DNA of 64,000 bases from Lytechinus pictus (taxonomy: Eukaryota), in contig NC_087245.1 of the NCBI RefSeq assembly GCF_037042905.1, positions 21,266,001 through 21,330,000 of the forward strand, given 5' to 3'. This document shows positions 1 to 13,161 of the stretch, piece after piece (the first letter of the stretch is position 1; each line of letters opens with the position of its first letter). The notes beneath the pieces are model-generated. The model was not told the origin of the DNA. It searched no databases and saw only the letters and a list, made by a program, of their open reading frames with translations. The translations under genes were made by a program, and so were the position numbers.

Positions 1-1499
1 TGTTGTTTATGACTAAAGGCTAAATCATTAACATTTCTAGAACTGACTGAACAGGGTCAAATTGTCAGAGAGAAATATATCCATGTATATATTGCATGAA
101 CATTATTAGAATACATTGACAAAGTGCCGATGTCTCGTTACCCCATCAATTAATGATAAAGGTGAAGTAGTGCACTGTCTCCCGGTAGATGGGTGCAAGT
201 TTGCACCCCTCGGATACCAAACTAAGGGTAAACGGACGTGTAAATCACACCGGTGACCCCAAGGAGTCTGCCATTCGACTTTTATGAAGGCTACCCCTCG
301 TGTTCATTTCCAATGATAGGGATGTTAGAAAGTCGTTAAGAGATGAAAACATGGAAAAACAGAGATGGTCATAAAGTCTAGTTTTATCGTAGATGTAGGA
401 AATGCCCAATCTTGCTTTCTGAGGTAAACCTGGCAATTAACCTGGTATGTGAGTTACGGTTATGAGCTTGAACTTCCAACGATTGAGGTTGATGATAGCA
501 TGTCCATGGTGATAATAAGAGGATGAAAGTAACACAAAAAGTATTTTAAATAATGTGTTTCCTTTTATAGAAACATAATGCAAAAATACATCATCTACTT
601 TGGACTAAAAATCACTGTATGTTGTATAACTATTGTAGGTCCTATACATAATTTCTTTTTAACCATATTGCCTCTAAGCAGATACTTTTAAGGCCAAAGA
701 CGCTGCCGTCCAGAATGATCCAAACATTCATTACATAAGTCTAAGAAGCATTATTCAGAATAGCGATAGTAATTTGGCCAATGCACAAAGAGAAGGGCAC
801 TATCTCGAGGTGAATAACAAAGTAAAATTTAATAGTGAAATTGTACAGGCCGCATTTTATTTAAAAAATCATCAAACTCGGACGGAAAATCTAGAATTTA
901 TGTTCAATCCTATAACTTTTACCTAACTAATTTCTACGAAACCGTTGTACATTATGCCTGTCGGTATGTATATGTATACTGAGTGAGCTGCTGATGTCAT
1001 GTCCCAAGTTACATGTAAGTTTATTCTTTTAATATATTTATCCTGTCATTGACATGCATATATTACATCCCGTGCGACAAAAATGTCACAGCAATGATAT
1101 TATGCATCGAATCAAGAGTGAACAGTTTATTCACATTTTTCTGGGTGAAAATTAGAAGATATCTAAAAATTATAAAGGTAAATGTGGGATATTACATCAT
1201 CAGCTCGCTCATTGCATATGCATAATGAAATGTGCAACATTTCAACAAAAAAATTCAATACTTTAGAATTAAATATATATATAGAAATATATATATATTT
1301 ATATACATATATATTTGTAAGTGTGTGAACTTACAATCTATTCATATCATATGCATGTATTTCCATCCCAGAATACCTCGCTAATGTGTGTATGAGAAAT
1401 GAAGTGTGATAAGATGCGAGGGTGTGTGTGGTAAATGTGTATAAGTTTGTCAAGGTTAAGATTGGTGAGGGTGTGGTGTGAGGGGGTATGTGTGTTGGA

Positions 1500-1688
1500 G
1501 GTGCCGTGGCCGAGTGGTCTAAGGCGCCTGGCTATACATTGGAAGTCCGGGGTTCGATCCCTGGCCGCGGCACCTATTGCCCGTGAGCAAGGCATTTAAT
1601 CTACAATGCTCTTTTATCCTACTTTCAAATAAATGGAAATGCTATATGCATTATTGGTAACTAGATGTGCACTTGTTAAAAAAAAGTG
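1500..1688 (+). mobile_element. tRNA-derived SINE (runs into N gap)
   Basis: tRNA-like head 1500-1574 with A box TGGCCGAGTGG, B box GGTTCGATCC and GGTGCCG/CGGCACC acceptor pairing, followed by a SINE-type body (GAGCAAGGCATTTAATCTACAATGCTC) and an A-rich end. Confidence 0.75.
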
Positions 1689-1824
1689 NNNNNNNNNNNN
1701 NNNNNNNNNNNNNNNNNNNNNNNNNNNNNNNNNNNNNNNNNNNNNNNNNNNNNNNNNNNNNNNNNNNNNNNNNNNNNNNNNNNNNNNNNNNNNNNNNNNN
1801 NNNNNNNNNNNNNNNNNNNNNNNN
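1689..1824. other. Assembly gap (136 N)
   Basis: Run of N. Confidence 0.99.
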
Positions 1825-4800
1825 GCTATATCTGCTGTATACATTATGACTCGAATAGATCATTTTTTAACATCAGCAATTGGATGTTCAGGATTTATGC
1901 TCCGAGATGACCTGCAGATGATTTGCAGTTATTCTAAAGGAGATCATTGAGGTGTAAAGCTTGTGTCATGAAAAAGACCTATGAATTTTCTTTTCACCGT
2001 TATTTTTCTCCCAAATTTTCGAGCACAATGCACTCTCTATCTGCTTACATTGGGTATTCATTTCACAATTTCTTCGTTAAATCAAATCAATATTTACTCG
2101 CAATCGTTTCAAACTTTGTATCACACTTCACCCAAGAGGAAAGTTCGATCTAGGGGAGAAGAAAGAGGAAGAAAAAAAATATTTCCCCCACACTGAGATT
2201 GATTTTGACAAACACCATGATTCTGGGTTTTCTCTCTCTCGCAACCCCCTCTTTTATTCATCTCCCCTTCTCTTTCAATCTTTAAGGTTCAATTCATCTG
2301 ATCTATCTTGTTTCTTGTTTCACCGCAGATGTACAAATTTGAATAGCCGATTTTTTTTGCGTGTTTGGGAATCAATTGTATGAATAAAAAAGAGAGTTTA
2401 CGAGAGAAGAATCGTTTTACATCGCTTGGAGCTACACTTTGAAGTTGTTATCGAGTATTACGCGGGGTCGATGAAGCTATTTTGAAAGACTTGGTACAAA
2501 ATCAGAGCGATTTGCTCCTTTTTTCTCATTCTTTTCAACGATGTTACGAGCTTTTCCCCTTTTTCAAATTTGGGAACTAATTTTTTCCGCGCCTTAGGCA
2601 CCACTCGACACCTTTCCACCAAGCAAAGTCTTATTAGTTGGTACGACTTCAAATGAAATACTTCTGGAACGAGCCTAAGCATTGTCTGATCGACTTAAAA
2701 GGAAAATGGAGTTAAGCCGCCTAAATGTGTCGATTGCCTTTAAAATCGTATGGTTTTGGTCATGAATACATTTACTGATTTTTAAAGCATACGAAGGCAA
2801 TTTTCTTTACAATGTAATAAACTTTAATAACTACATAATTACGTGAAAATATGTCTGTTATTCGTCAAATACAGAGAAGAGTGCAAAAAGGCCAAAAGCA
2901 CTGACTCTTGAAATAAACCTGTTTTATGCGCTTCAACTATATTATTTTTTAGTCATATTTTAATCATTATGTAGTTTCAGGCAATTCACATCACCATATT
3001 ATTTTAATTTGATCGAATCCTGGAGTAATACATGCATCAAGATATTGTGAATCCAAAATTTTCTTTTGGAGTACAGTAATAGAAAATGATAATTAATTCT
3101 CATCTATTCTTCATTTTAATTATGAAAGGCTTATACCGTTTCATAAATCTGTTCATAAAACGACAAAAAAATAATACGTTCGATACGAATCGACAAGCCA
3201 AATAGTTTATCCAATAATTTTGAATGAAATTAGCTGAAGTTCAGAAGTTGAAATATTCTTATACTGATAATTTTCCCCTCTTGACATACATTTATGAGCA
3301 TTATCTTTTTACCACGACTTTAATAACACTAAATAGTCTTGGGCCCATAGAATAATAACCTCAGAAAACATTTTGACTCATTTTGGCGCTCCGAAAGATT
3401 TTCATAAGGTCATACAAAATTATGAAAACTAGGACTTTCTAAAAACAATCTGGTTTACAAGAAAAAATCATGTGAACTTTAAACAGACCTATTCGAGGCC
3501 TAATCATGAATTCTTCATTTGACCCGAAATCACTTAATTTCTAGAAGAAACATAAGAAATGTACATGAAAAACATTGTTATATATAGGACTTTTTCATCT
3601 TTTGACTTCGTTCTCACACATTTCATATAAATGACATACATATTTCCAATGCTTTTACATTGTTTTCAAAATGACAGCCCACGAACAAATCTATCACCAT
3701 TTTATGAATTGATAAAAGGGTTAAAGGTATCATAGCAGGTTTGACTACTGCGCTTTATCTCAACATTTTCTATTATTATGCTTTGAATTGCCCTTAATAT
3801 ATGGTGTATATTTCAGCAACTAATAACTCAACAGTAAAAAATAAAGAGGGAATAATATCAAGTCAGTTAATTTTCGCCCCGAATGTGTATGTTTTACACA
3901 AGTCGAGATTTCTAAGATCTTGAACATAGAATCGATAATCATAACCGATCTCTGCTGGTGTACTATTGATTGAATTTATTTTTGTATCATTGAAATTATG
4001 ACAACATGCGAACAATATCGAATATGGAAAACGTCAAAATTCATTTACTTTTATATCATTAGGCCTACATACTATAAACATACACACTTTAATCGATAAA
4101 GAATGACTACTTCTCAATAATTTTATTTTCGTAAGACATGTAAGATACATACGTGATTTATTAACATTTTCCAAGGCGCTCAATAAATCGCTTTTTGATG
4201 ATTTTACTCCATCATATATACAATTTGACAATACATCATCGTTAAGACATAAACTGTCTGACAGTTGGAATATTTTCACAACGCAAAAATGCAAATAAAA
4301 CAAACTTTTTGCTGATGATTATAAAACACAATAAATCGAAGTTTGCTGATTAAATCATGTGAAAAATGAGGGTAATGAAAATCAATTGTTTCCATAGAAA
4401 CACGTGTTCTGCCGCAGCATATTTCAGGGACATATATATTGTTGACTCGCAACGTTAACCCGCCAATCACCCAATAAACTATTGTTTCTTTACCTTTGCT
4501 CATTTTTCTTTAAGGCCGAAATCTATTTCCTGTTATTTCATAAAGGACCTCTATTAATTTTAAAGATTTAGTCAAAAAATTTTGAACTATTAACTTCTGC
4601 AAAGTACAAAAAAGAGACCGTGAAGAAATTATAAATGATTCAGGCAAAAGTTAGAAGACAAAATAAAACATGCGAAATCGTATTATTTTTTTTATTAAAG
4701 ATAAAAAGAAAAAGATTTTGACATTACTGAAATAATAAAATGTGCTCACTATGAAAATATTTTAATTATTCTGTATCAGATAATGATTACATTTTTAACA

Positions 4801-7800
4801 ATCCACTTACTTAAAAAAAAAATGAAGAACCTCGGACTAGTTGAAAAGAGTCAAATAGATTAAAATCGTGTTTTCGTGACTGAATGACTAGTGGTAGTCA
4901 AGATGCAAATGGGGAGACGGATGGAATTATACGGACATGTAACCTCGATGAATGCTGTTCACATAATTTTAACGATAACGTATAATTATGCAACAGCTGC
5001 ATAACAAAATGGGGGATGTATATAAAGGCGGGAGAATGGTAAAATTGAGTTTTTTATATGTTTTGCTCCCAATTAACAAAATCAACATCATTATCAGGAA
5101 CAGAGAATGACCGCTGCAATAGTGATATCTTTGATAATTGTCATGGTTACAATAATTTTCATGGAATATGTTTTTACCGTGGGAGTTATTATCAATGGAA
5201 AAATCATAGCCATATAATATTAATTTAAATTTTGTTAAAAAGGTTCCAGGCGTATGAGATTTCATATCAACCCTGGAAAGGAATTCAATTCATCGTAACT
5301 TCAGATCTGTTCGCATTGGGTCATGTTTTTCGTCGTCGGTGATTAATGTATACAAGGCAAGAATAAATGCCGAGTCTGCGTAAGTTTAAACAGCTGTATT
5401 ATTTATCTGTCATTCTGTGGGTTCTCAAAATATTTGAATAAACTGCATTTTATATTCCTAATCCCCCTCTATCATAATTTTCATGGATATAGGGTAAAAT
5501 GTTACGCACGGATGAATGTCAACTGCGCAATTTTATGGCTACACATTCGGCACGTCGCAGGTCAAAGTTTAGGGTAAACCTCTACAAATTATCAACTTGT
5601 TTGCTTGAAAAGAAGGAGAAAGAAGTCATGATGAAGAAAGATGAAAGAAAAGTGTGCCTTAGTTGGGGCATAATTGGTAAATTCACTAATTACCTTGTGT
5701 ATTTTACATGATGAAATCTTTATGCATAATCATAGCTCTAAATTCATTTCAGCTATCATATCCAGTTTGATTCATGACCAGTCAAACAAAGCTAGGATTT
5801 TTAAAGCAGAAATAACGATTTTCATACATCATTGATTCGAAAATGCTATCTCAACATCTTTATAATCATAAATATCCTAACAATGAGAAACAATCACAAT
5901 CAACTCTTTGGGCTTTGATCGTATCACATGGTTTACGGTCATTTTTCCCAAAGCTGGCATTCATTGATTTTGGGTGGGGTGAAGTGCAATGGACAAAACT
6001 GAAGGTTACACACCATACCCATTTGAATCACCCCTCGTGGTGAGTGACGAGGGGGGGGGGGGGGGCAACACACCATCATTGTCAAACGAAAAATGAACAA
6101 GGGTAAACTGTTACGAACTGATGGAAGGAAAGAGAGGAGTCCGTCACACAGATGCACTCCTTTGAAATTTGATGAGGGGGATGGGGGCGAAGTTAGATCA
6201 TTTAATTACATAATGCATAGTTGTCTCGATCATTTTTCGCACATGACGTAGTGAAATCGATTCAAACTGTATTCCGCAACTGCAGAGAAACATTGGCGCC
6301 ATTTCGAATCCTACCTTAGCTATGATTCGCAATGAAATTATGTATTAAACTGAATTATTAATTCATTTGAACAGAAAAGACCATTCATGTTCATGGAACC
6401 CATTTACTTTCCCGAATCAATAATCTTCATTTATAGGCTTGGCTTTTGCGTCCAACCAACATCTAAGCCTTGTTTTTCTTTACTTCACGTCACAGACCAT
6501 ATTTTGACATTTTTATTTCAAGTCATTAAAACAATAACCCGCCATGTTGTGTGACAAGTCAGTCGGTCATGTTCTTTATCTCGTAAATCGGCAAGCCATG
6601 TTAGAGGTCGAGTGTCAAAACACCCGGGTGTTTTTTTCCATAACATGATTGTGAATTCAGAAGAGTGAAGGTGAACTACGCCATGGAGTGGAAATTGCTG
6701 CTCAAAGAGTAGACGTATACTCTCTAATGAGTGATTTTTCACTCGCTTAGAGGTGAATTTCAAGTCCCTATTTCGCTCCACAACAACCATGACGATGCAA
6801 TAGGAATGAAGGTGAGGGAGGCGAAATGTGGTGGACATGGAGGAGTGGAAGTGCAGAACATGTGTAAGATATGGGTTAACCAGTATCTTATACATAAACA
6901 CACACACCCTCACACTACACACGCACACCCACACTCATTTTAAGACCAATATCGCACGATTTTCCCTTGGTATGCCATGGGACGGGGGAATCTGGAAGTA
7001 CCCTCTCTCCAGAAGTGAATGTAAAGAAAGTGTAGTTACCTTCAATGGGGAGTTATATAAAGTGGGAGAAAGGGGCGTTAAATTTGGGAGTTTATTCTAG
7101 AAAACTACGAGAGGTGAACATTAAATGGCATCATGCATGTTATTTATAGGCAAATAAGGGCAAATGGTACCGATAAAATGTGGAGTTATGGCCGAAATAA
7201 TGTGGTTCTATTTAACGTCATTATTCTAACCTCTTGCACACATCGTACATTTATTACACTTTCATTGCATTTTTGCCCTGGGAATTTTCCCGGAATGTCA
7301 GCATAAAAACTAAATGATTACATTTAAAAAAAGAGAAAATTATTCCAGTGACGAGGCCAAAACTATCCTTAGGAAAGGAAGATTGAAGTGAAAGGTTTTG
7401 AAAGGATTTCATCAAAATAATACCACTTTCATGAAATGATAAATCTTTTTTGTTACTCCCATTCAACAGACAAAAAGTATAGATAGGTGTATGCATTTTT
7501 ATATAACATACAAGCCTTAAAAAAATTTTTTTGAATGAAATGGGATCCCATCGTCAAAATATCCCATACTTAATACAAGGTTTCAAGGGTGCAATAGCCC
7601 GGAAATATGAAATTTGATGGAATTAAAGTAGCCCTGATGACACTGCCAAACTCATGTCAGGCAGCTGCAGAATGTCACACATCAGCGGAGAAGGAGCCGT
7701 GTTTGTGCCACAACTGCCCCGACCAGTTGTGTCCCGTAATTGGAGTCAACAGGCTAGCGGTTACCCCCACGTCAATAGTCATTAAAAGCACAAAGCAAAC

Positions 7801-10800
7801 TGGATTTGAGCAATTGTTAAAGAAGAAGTTTGGTAGGGAAAAACACCGCACTTTCGAGGGGAATATTCGAATCATATCCCATAGTTACATCAGATAGTAC
7901 TGATAAATTGATGCAAATATCAAACACAATTCAACTTCTCGAAAACTCCTCTGAAAACAAATGTTTTTCATTCGACAATTATTTTGCGAAATCAAATCCC
8001 AGCCAAAAGTGTTGGGTTGTATACTATATTTATGTTTATCAACTCATGATTGCATATATTCTTTTCTAGATTACAGCATTGTACCATATTTAGTAAGCCC
8101 TTCAGGTGGGACATGCTCATTTGAATTTGCATAGTGTGATTAACATTTTTTACAATGAACAATGAGATTGAATAAAAAAAAAACGAATGGAAAAAAATGT
8201 TGTATATGTTCCACAATGATATCTTCTCTTCAACCTCATGTTGTGTTCTACATTGGAATGTCTATTCTTCGGTTGCGAAAAAGGCAATTAAGATAGAAAT
8301 TCCTTTGAAAAACGCAGAAAAGGGAATATTAACCATTCGGGTCTATAATCACAATATTGCAACATCATCAACAACATGTGAGCCATCAACTAAAAAGACA
8401 ATAATTTAATCATATATATAAATGAATGTTCTTCACACAATCGTTTAAACATTGGAAAAATTGATCCACATGACATTACTGCAACACGAAGATCTTTATC
8501 GTGTAGTTCTAAATCACCTTGGAGGATTGCTGCAAATGGTTATTAAGAGCATTTTTCTTTCTCGTTCTAAGCTTAGACTTAATGACTGGATTGATGACAC
8601 TTGGGTGTCACAATCTTTCTGCAATTAGTATACTTCAGGTCGATACAGAATGATCTATTTTCTGTTTTATTTATATGTGTCAAAGATATCAATTTTACTA
8701 TAAAAAAGGGCCAGACTCACCACCACATTGCTTCTGTTGAACACAATAGTGCAGCCGAAATGGCCAAAGTCAATGTTAATCCGAATAGATTCATAATTAA
8801 GTTCCTTTGCTATCGTCTGTTATAAGATACACTCCTTTCCGATTTGAATTCTGGAAAGTATAAGAAAGTGCTCCTGTTCTATTTCCGTCAATGTCAGTCG
8901 GAGGTTACAATAAAAATCCCCTTTGAAAGGAACAAGGTAAATGTCAAAATGGAGACAATGTCTGTGAAGAGTTTAACAGTGAAGACTGAAGATGTAGTTC
9001 GGTCTAATACTATATTCCAAGCTTATTTTTTCCTGGCCTGTCGGTGCAAAGTTTCTCATGTGGGTGTGACCGTTCGGCACCATCCGTGGGCATCCTCGCA
9101 TCGTTTATCCGATCTTTTATCTCCGAGTGTCGTTTCTTAGTAAGTAAGACCAGAAAAACGAAGCAGTCTAATAGATAAAGTGAGAAAAGAAAGGCACTTT
9201 TAAGCTAAGTGCGGCTGCTAATCCGCATCAAGATGTCAGTATCGGTATCGAAGTAGGCAGCTCACGGCGAGGACACCCGCGTGGAAAGTTATGAATCTCC
9301 GTAGAGTGTCGGGTGATGAAAGCCGTGCCGATTTTTATTTTATCTTTTAAAAATCTTTTGTAAAAGTCGCACACTATCATTCGCGCGCGTGCGTGCCGCT
9401 TATTTTGATGTACCAAGTGGGTTGTACGGAAACTGTAGCTGCTGCCACTGGAAGGATGGTCCTCTTTGTCGTTCGCTTATTTTCCGTTCTACGGACTTGC
9501 ACTCAACTCCCGTTGCGACGTTCGGAAAGTCACGCTTCATTGACGCCGTTACACTCCCGTTGATGAATACTTTATGATCCTCTAGTTTCTTATTTTCCGT
9601 CGTGCGATGAAGCGTGACTCCACGCAAGTTGTAGAAAATGAAATCCTTTGTTTTGATTAGTCGAATAAAGGATGCAGCCCCCTTCTACAAATTACTATTG
9701 ATCACAATGACAAACTACAGCGTTACGTAGCCTAAACCACATTGTATTGGCAGTTAATAATTCTAAAAGACAAACTGCGGATAGTCGTAAACTATATTAA
9801 GGTAACTGTCTCCCTTTCAATCCATTGACATTTTGTATATATTGGGTTGGATAAGAGGATGTCGTTCCTGAATAGCCTGCCACCGACCTACTAAAGGTTC
9901 CCCACAAAAGGTGTAATGTCTCAAAAGAACTTCGTCAATAGCAAAAGAATACACATCACCGGCTTACAAGATCGATATGTGACAAGATACTTTTGAAAAT
10001 ATTGTTACCTGTCCTCTTTCATCCGATGTCTTCTTTCTTCTCCATTCGCTACTTCAACTCGGAGAAAAGGTGTGATATGTCTTTCACTGCGAAACTGTAT
10101 AGTGGGTTTTCCTTTTTTACCGGATGACAATGTAGGAACGGTTAGATAGCTTTAGTAACCTGGTGTGATAATACAAGATACCTTTCATCCCTGTGACCTC
10201 GGTCTGAGATGGTTCTGACAAAGCATCGTGCGAAGGGTGATGTTAGACATGTCTTCCGCACCTTTTGAAGGATGACAAGGGTGTGATAGCGAAGTCTGGT
10301 GGTATAAAGTCCCCTTCTTGGGTGGGGAATAGGCCTGGGTAGGGGTGTTGGGGCCGAAGGTAAATGAGAGAGGCAAAGGGTCGGAGCATGGAGTTCCTGG
10401 ACCAGCATGCTATGAGAGTGATATTCCGATTTAGACCTTTTCCCATTGTCTTGTTGATTTGTACTTATCTTCTTAAAAATTACTTACTTGTTTACGTTAC
10501 AAAAAATAATCGTTTCGTAAAATCGTTCTGTTTTCTTGGAAAACAAAGAGATACTATATCGATTTCCGGTCAAAACACAAAGTACGATCGCCCCTCTTTG
10601 CTGATGAATTTTATGATAGATGTATGCGTCTATGCGGGTATCTATATGTGTGTGTGTGCGGGCGTGGGTGCGTGTGTATGTTTGTATGTATGTATGAGAT
10701 ATTGAGGATGTGTAGAAGTAAATGTATTCTATGATATATCATCAGGTTTTTCGCTCTATCTTAAAAACAAGTAATTGATCTATATTATATATACATACAT

Positions 10801-11187
10801 GTGTAGTATTCCGCCATTTTATGAAAGCAACTCGTTCAATTTGATATGTTTATTTGTAGGCCTCTAAGTTTGATGGAAGAAAGCCTGATTAAATAGGATC
10901 ATAATAAAGAGCTAGAACAAAATACATAATCTACTGCAATTAAAAAAACCCGTTCTTCTCGAAGCCAAATGAAACCGTAGAGGGCGGATACTATGTAGTC
11001 ACAATACTCGACATTGATTTGCAAGCGTCAACTTCCAAGTAATTGAGATGCAATGTCCATTATGGCTGGGAGTCGTCGAAATAAAGAAACAAGAGAATGA
11101 CGTAGGCCCGCTATCTGAAACTCAACAATGTATGTAACTATACATTACATTTCAATACAACATAAGTTGCATTGCATTATAAGAGTG

Positions 11188-11279
11188 CGTCTTTCGGATG
11201 GTGACGTTAAATGTCGGTCCCAGACGTAAATAATCATATCTGATTGATACACGTCTGACAAAACTCAAATACACACACA
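11188..11279 (+). mobile_element. 5'-truncated copy of the 7SL/tRNA/Deu-like SINE
   Basis: Matches 45400-45490 with one mismatch over about 90 nt; ends in a (CA)n tail. Confidence 0.85.
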
Positions 11280-11450
11280 TATGCATGCTTTACAAATGAA
11301 ATTCTATGAGGAGATTTTAAAAAAAAGGTATATACAAAACTATTGGTGATTAAATTAACAAAATAGTCGATGACCTGTGGGATTTAATATCACATTTCAA
11401 GGTATAATAATTTAAGAAATACTCCTGTGTTCAAAATCATGATTTAGTAT

Positions 11451-12135
11451 CAGGGGCGGCGGAACGTATTTTCGTTTGGGGGTGGGCAAAACCAAAAAAG
11501 GGCGCTTATATGTCAAAATTTGTATTTTTGGTGCAAACGGATATTTTTACCATGAGATTATCATCTGCGTGAAGTAGATGTGTGTTTTGTAATAATTAAG
11601 TTTAGCAAAGCCTTTTTGAAGTGATTCCTGATTGATAAAGCAGTTTGGAAAAAAATTAAATTCTGAAGTTCTGAAACTCGATTTTTGTCAATTATGGCGC
11701 TAATTATACTGTTAAAAGGGCATCCTCGCGAGATGTTGCGAGCGCGAATCGCAAGCTCAAACTTTTGGACATTTCTTTTAATAAGACATGAAAATTAAAC
11801 AGTTCAAGCAGTTTCTGGTTATCAAGAAGAAGTTATGTATCTAACTAAAGAATTGACGCGAGCGCGAACTGAAAATTTGTGTTATTCCAACCTGAAAACT
11901 GGACATTCTCAGCACTTTTTGTAACCAAGAACAAAATTAGTACCTTATTAAACAACAATAGATAAAATATTATTATCTTCTAAAATGTATTATGTTTTAC
12001 TTCAAAAAAGGTATTTCATTTTGAAAAAGGAGACATTTTATTTGGAAAAAGGGCACTTTCTAAAAAAAAAGGCATTTTTTTCCTACGTGGATTTTTTTTT
12101 TGGGGGGGTAAGTGCCCCCGGTTCCGCCGCCCATG
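11451..12135. mobile_element. Non-autonomous TIR DNA transposon with 8-bp TSD (hAT-like)
   Basis: TIRs CAGGGGCGGCGGAAC / GTTCCGCCGCCCATG; flanks TTTAGTAT (11443-11450) and TTTAATAT (12136-12143); internal GCGAGCGCGAA repeats. Confidence 0.75.
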
Positions 12136-12870
12136 TTTAATATTAGTTTGCACACTTTAAAAATAGTTCAAATACCGACTTCCGCCAAAGAAATGTTTAT
12201 TGAAATCTTAAAGTAACCATTGGCATTTTCCCTTTCAATTGATTGGGCTACAGTCTTCTTTTTCTTGGTATTCTGTTATTGGGAGAAGTCAATAGGTCTA
12301 CAGTGAGATAACTTTTATCTTTCTCATTCCTCTACAATGAAATCAAACATTAGCAAGTATCCTTGGCTAAAAAAGTAACAACTTGAATGTTGTATTTGAA
12401 ATCCTCTTTCTTTTGATAGAATAAAGCAAATTATTGCACATTCTATCACATTATTATTATTATCATCATCATTTTATTCAGTTATTTATTATCTATTTAA
12501 TTATTCATGTATTTATTTATTTATTTATTATTATTATAATTGTTTTATCTTTTAAATTTGGATTGATTGATTTATTTATTATTATTATTATTTTTTTTTT
12601 TTTTGGGGGGGGGGGAGATACTGAATCCGCCCATTGGTGTGCATGATTATTAAATGGACGGACTGGTAGTGGTTTAAAATGATTTCAAATTAAAAAAAAA
12701 GTACTTCCAAACTTAATTTGTCTTGACCAAACATTCTGACAACGCTTTCTAACCCATCAAATTATTCAACTCTAATATACTAAGGATGGGGTTCGTCATT
12801 TCACTGACAATTTTCTTCGCTGATATACTGTAGATTATATATTATATGTATCACCATTGTGTTTACCATC

Positions 12871-13161
12871 TGTACCATGAAAACCAACCATTATGCCTTT
12901 CGTCCAAAGTCCACTTTAAGATATGCATTCATTGCTGAGCATTAGAAATTGACTGACCAAATACAATATGATAATAATCGTTTTTGCTTATTTGATTTTA
13001 AACCTGGAACCTGCTGTGTTAACTTGTCAAACAATTACAGCAGGCAAACTTCTCTACGTTTGCCTATATGTTATGGTATCGCGAAAAATTGCTTCGCATT
13101 TTCGTCTAGAAGTGGCCTGTCAGTTTGATCGTTTACCCCGTCATCTGTCAGAATATTTTTC
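12871..13161 (+). promoter_or_regulatory. Upstream block conserved between GGACT copies 1 and 2 (putative promoter/5'UTR)
   Basis: 12871-12968 (TGTACCATGAAAACC...ATTGACTGACCAAATACAATAT) aligns with 19270-19367 at a similar distance from the ATG. Confidence 0.5.

Noticed and set aside
1500-1574. Functional tRNA gene
   Set aside because: The anticodon stem pairs poorly, there are extra bases before the 3' acceptor strand, there is no terminator, and it continues into a SINE body.
245-8800. Short ORFs in the first 9 kb (e.g. 6518-6934, 7607-7897)
   Set aside because: No recognisable domains or consistent splice structure, so no gene can be supported.
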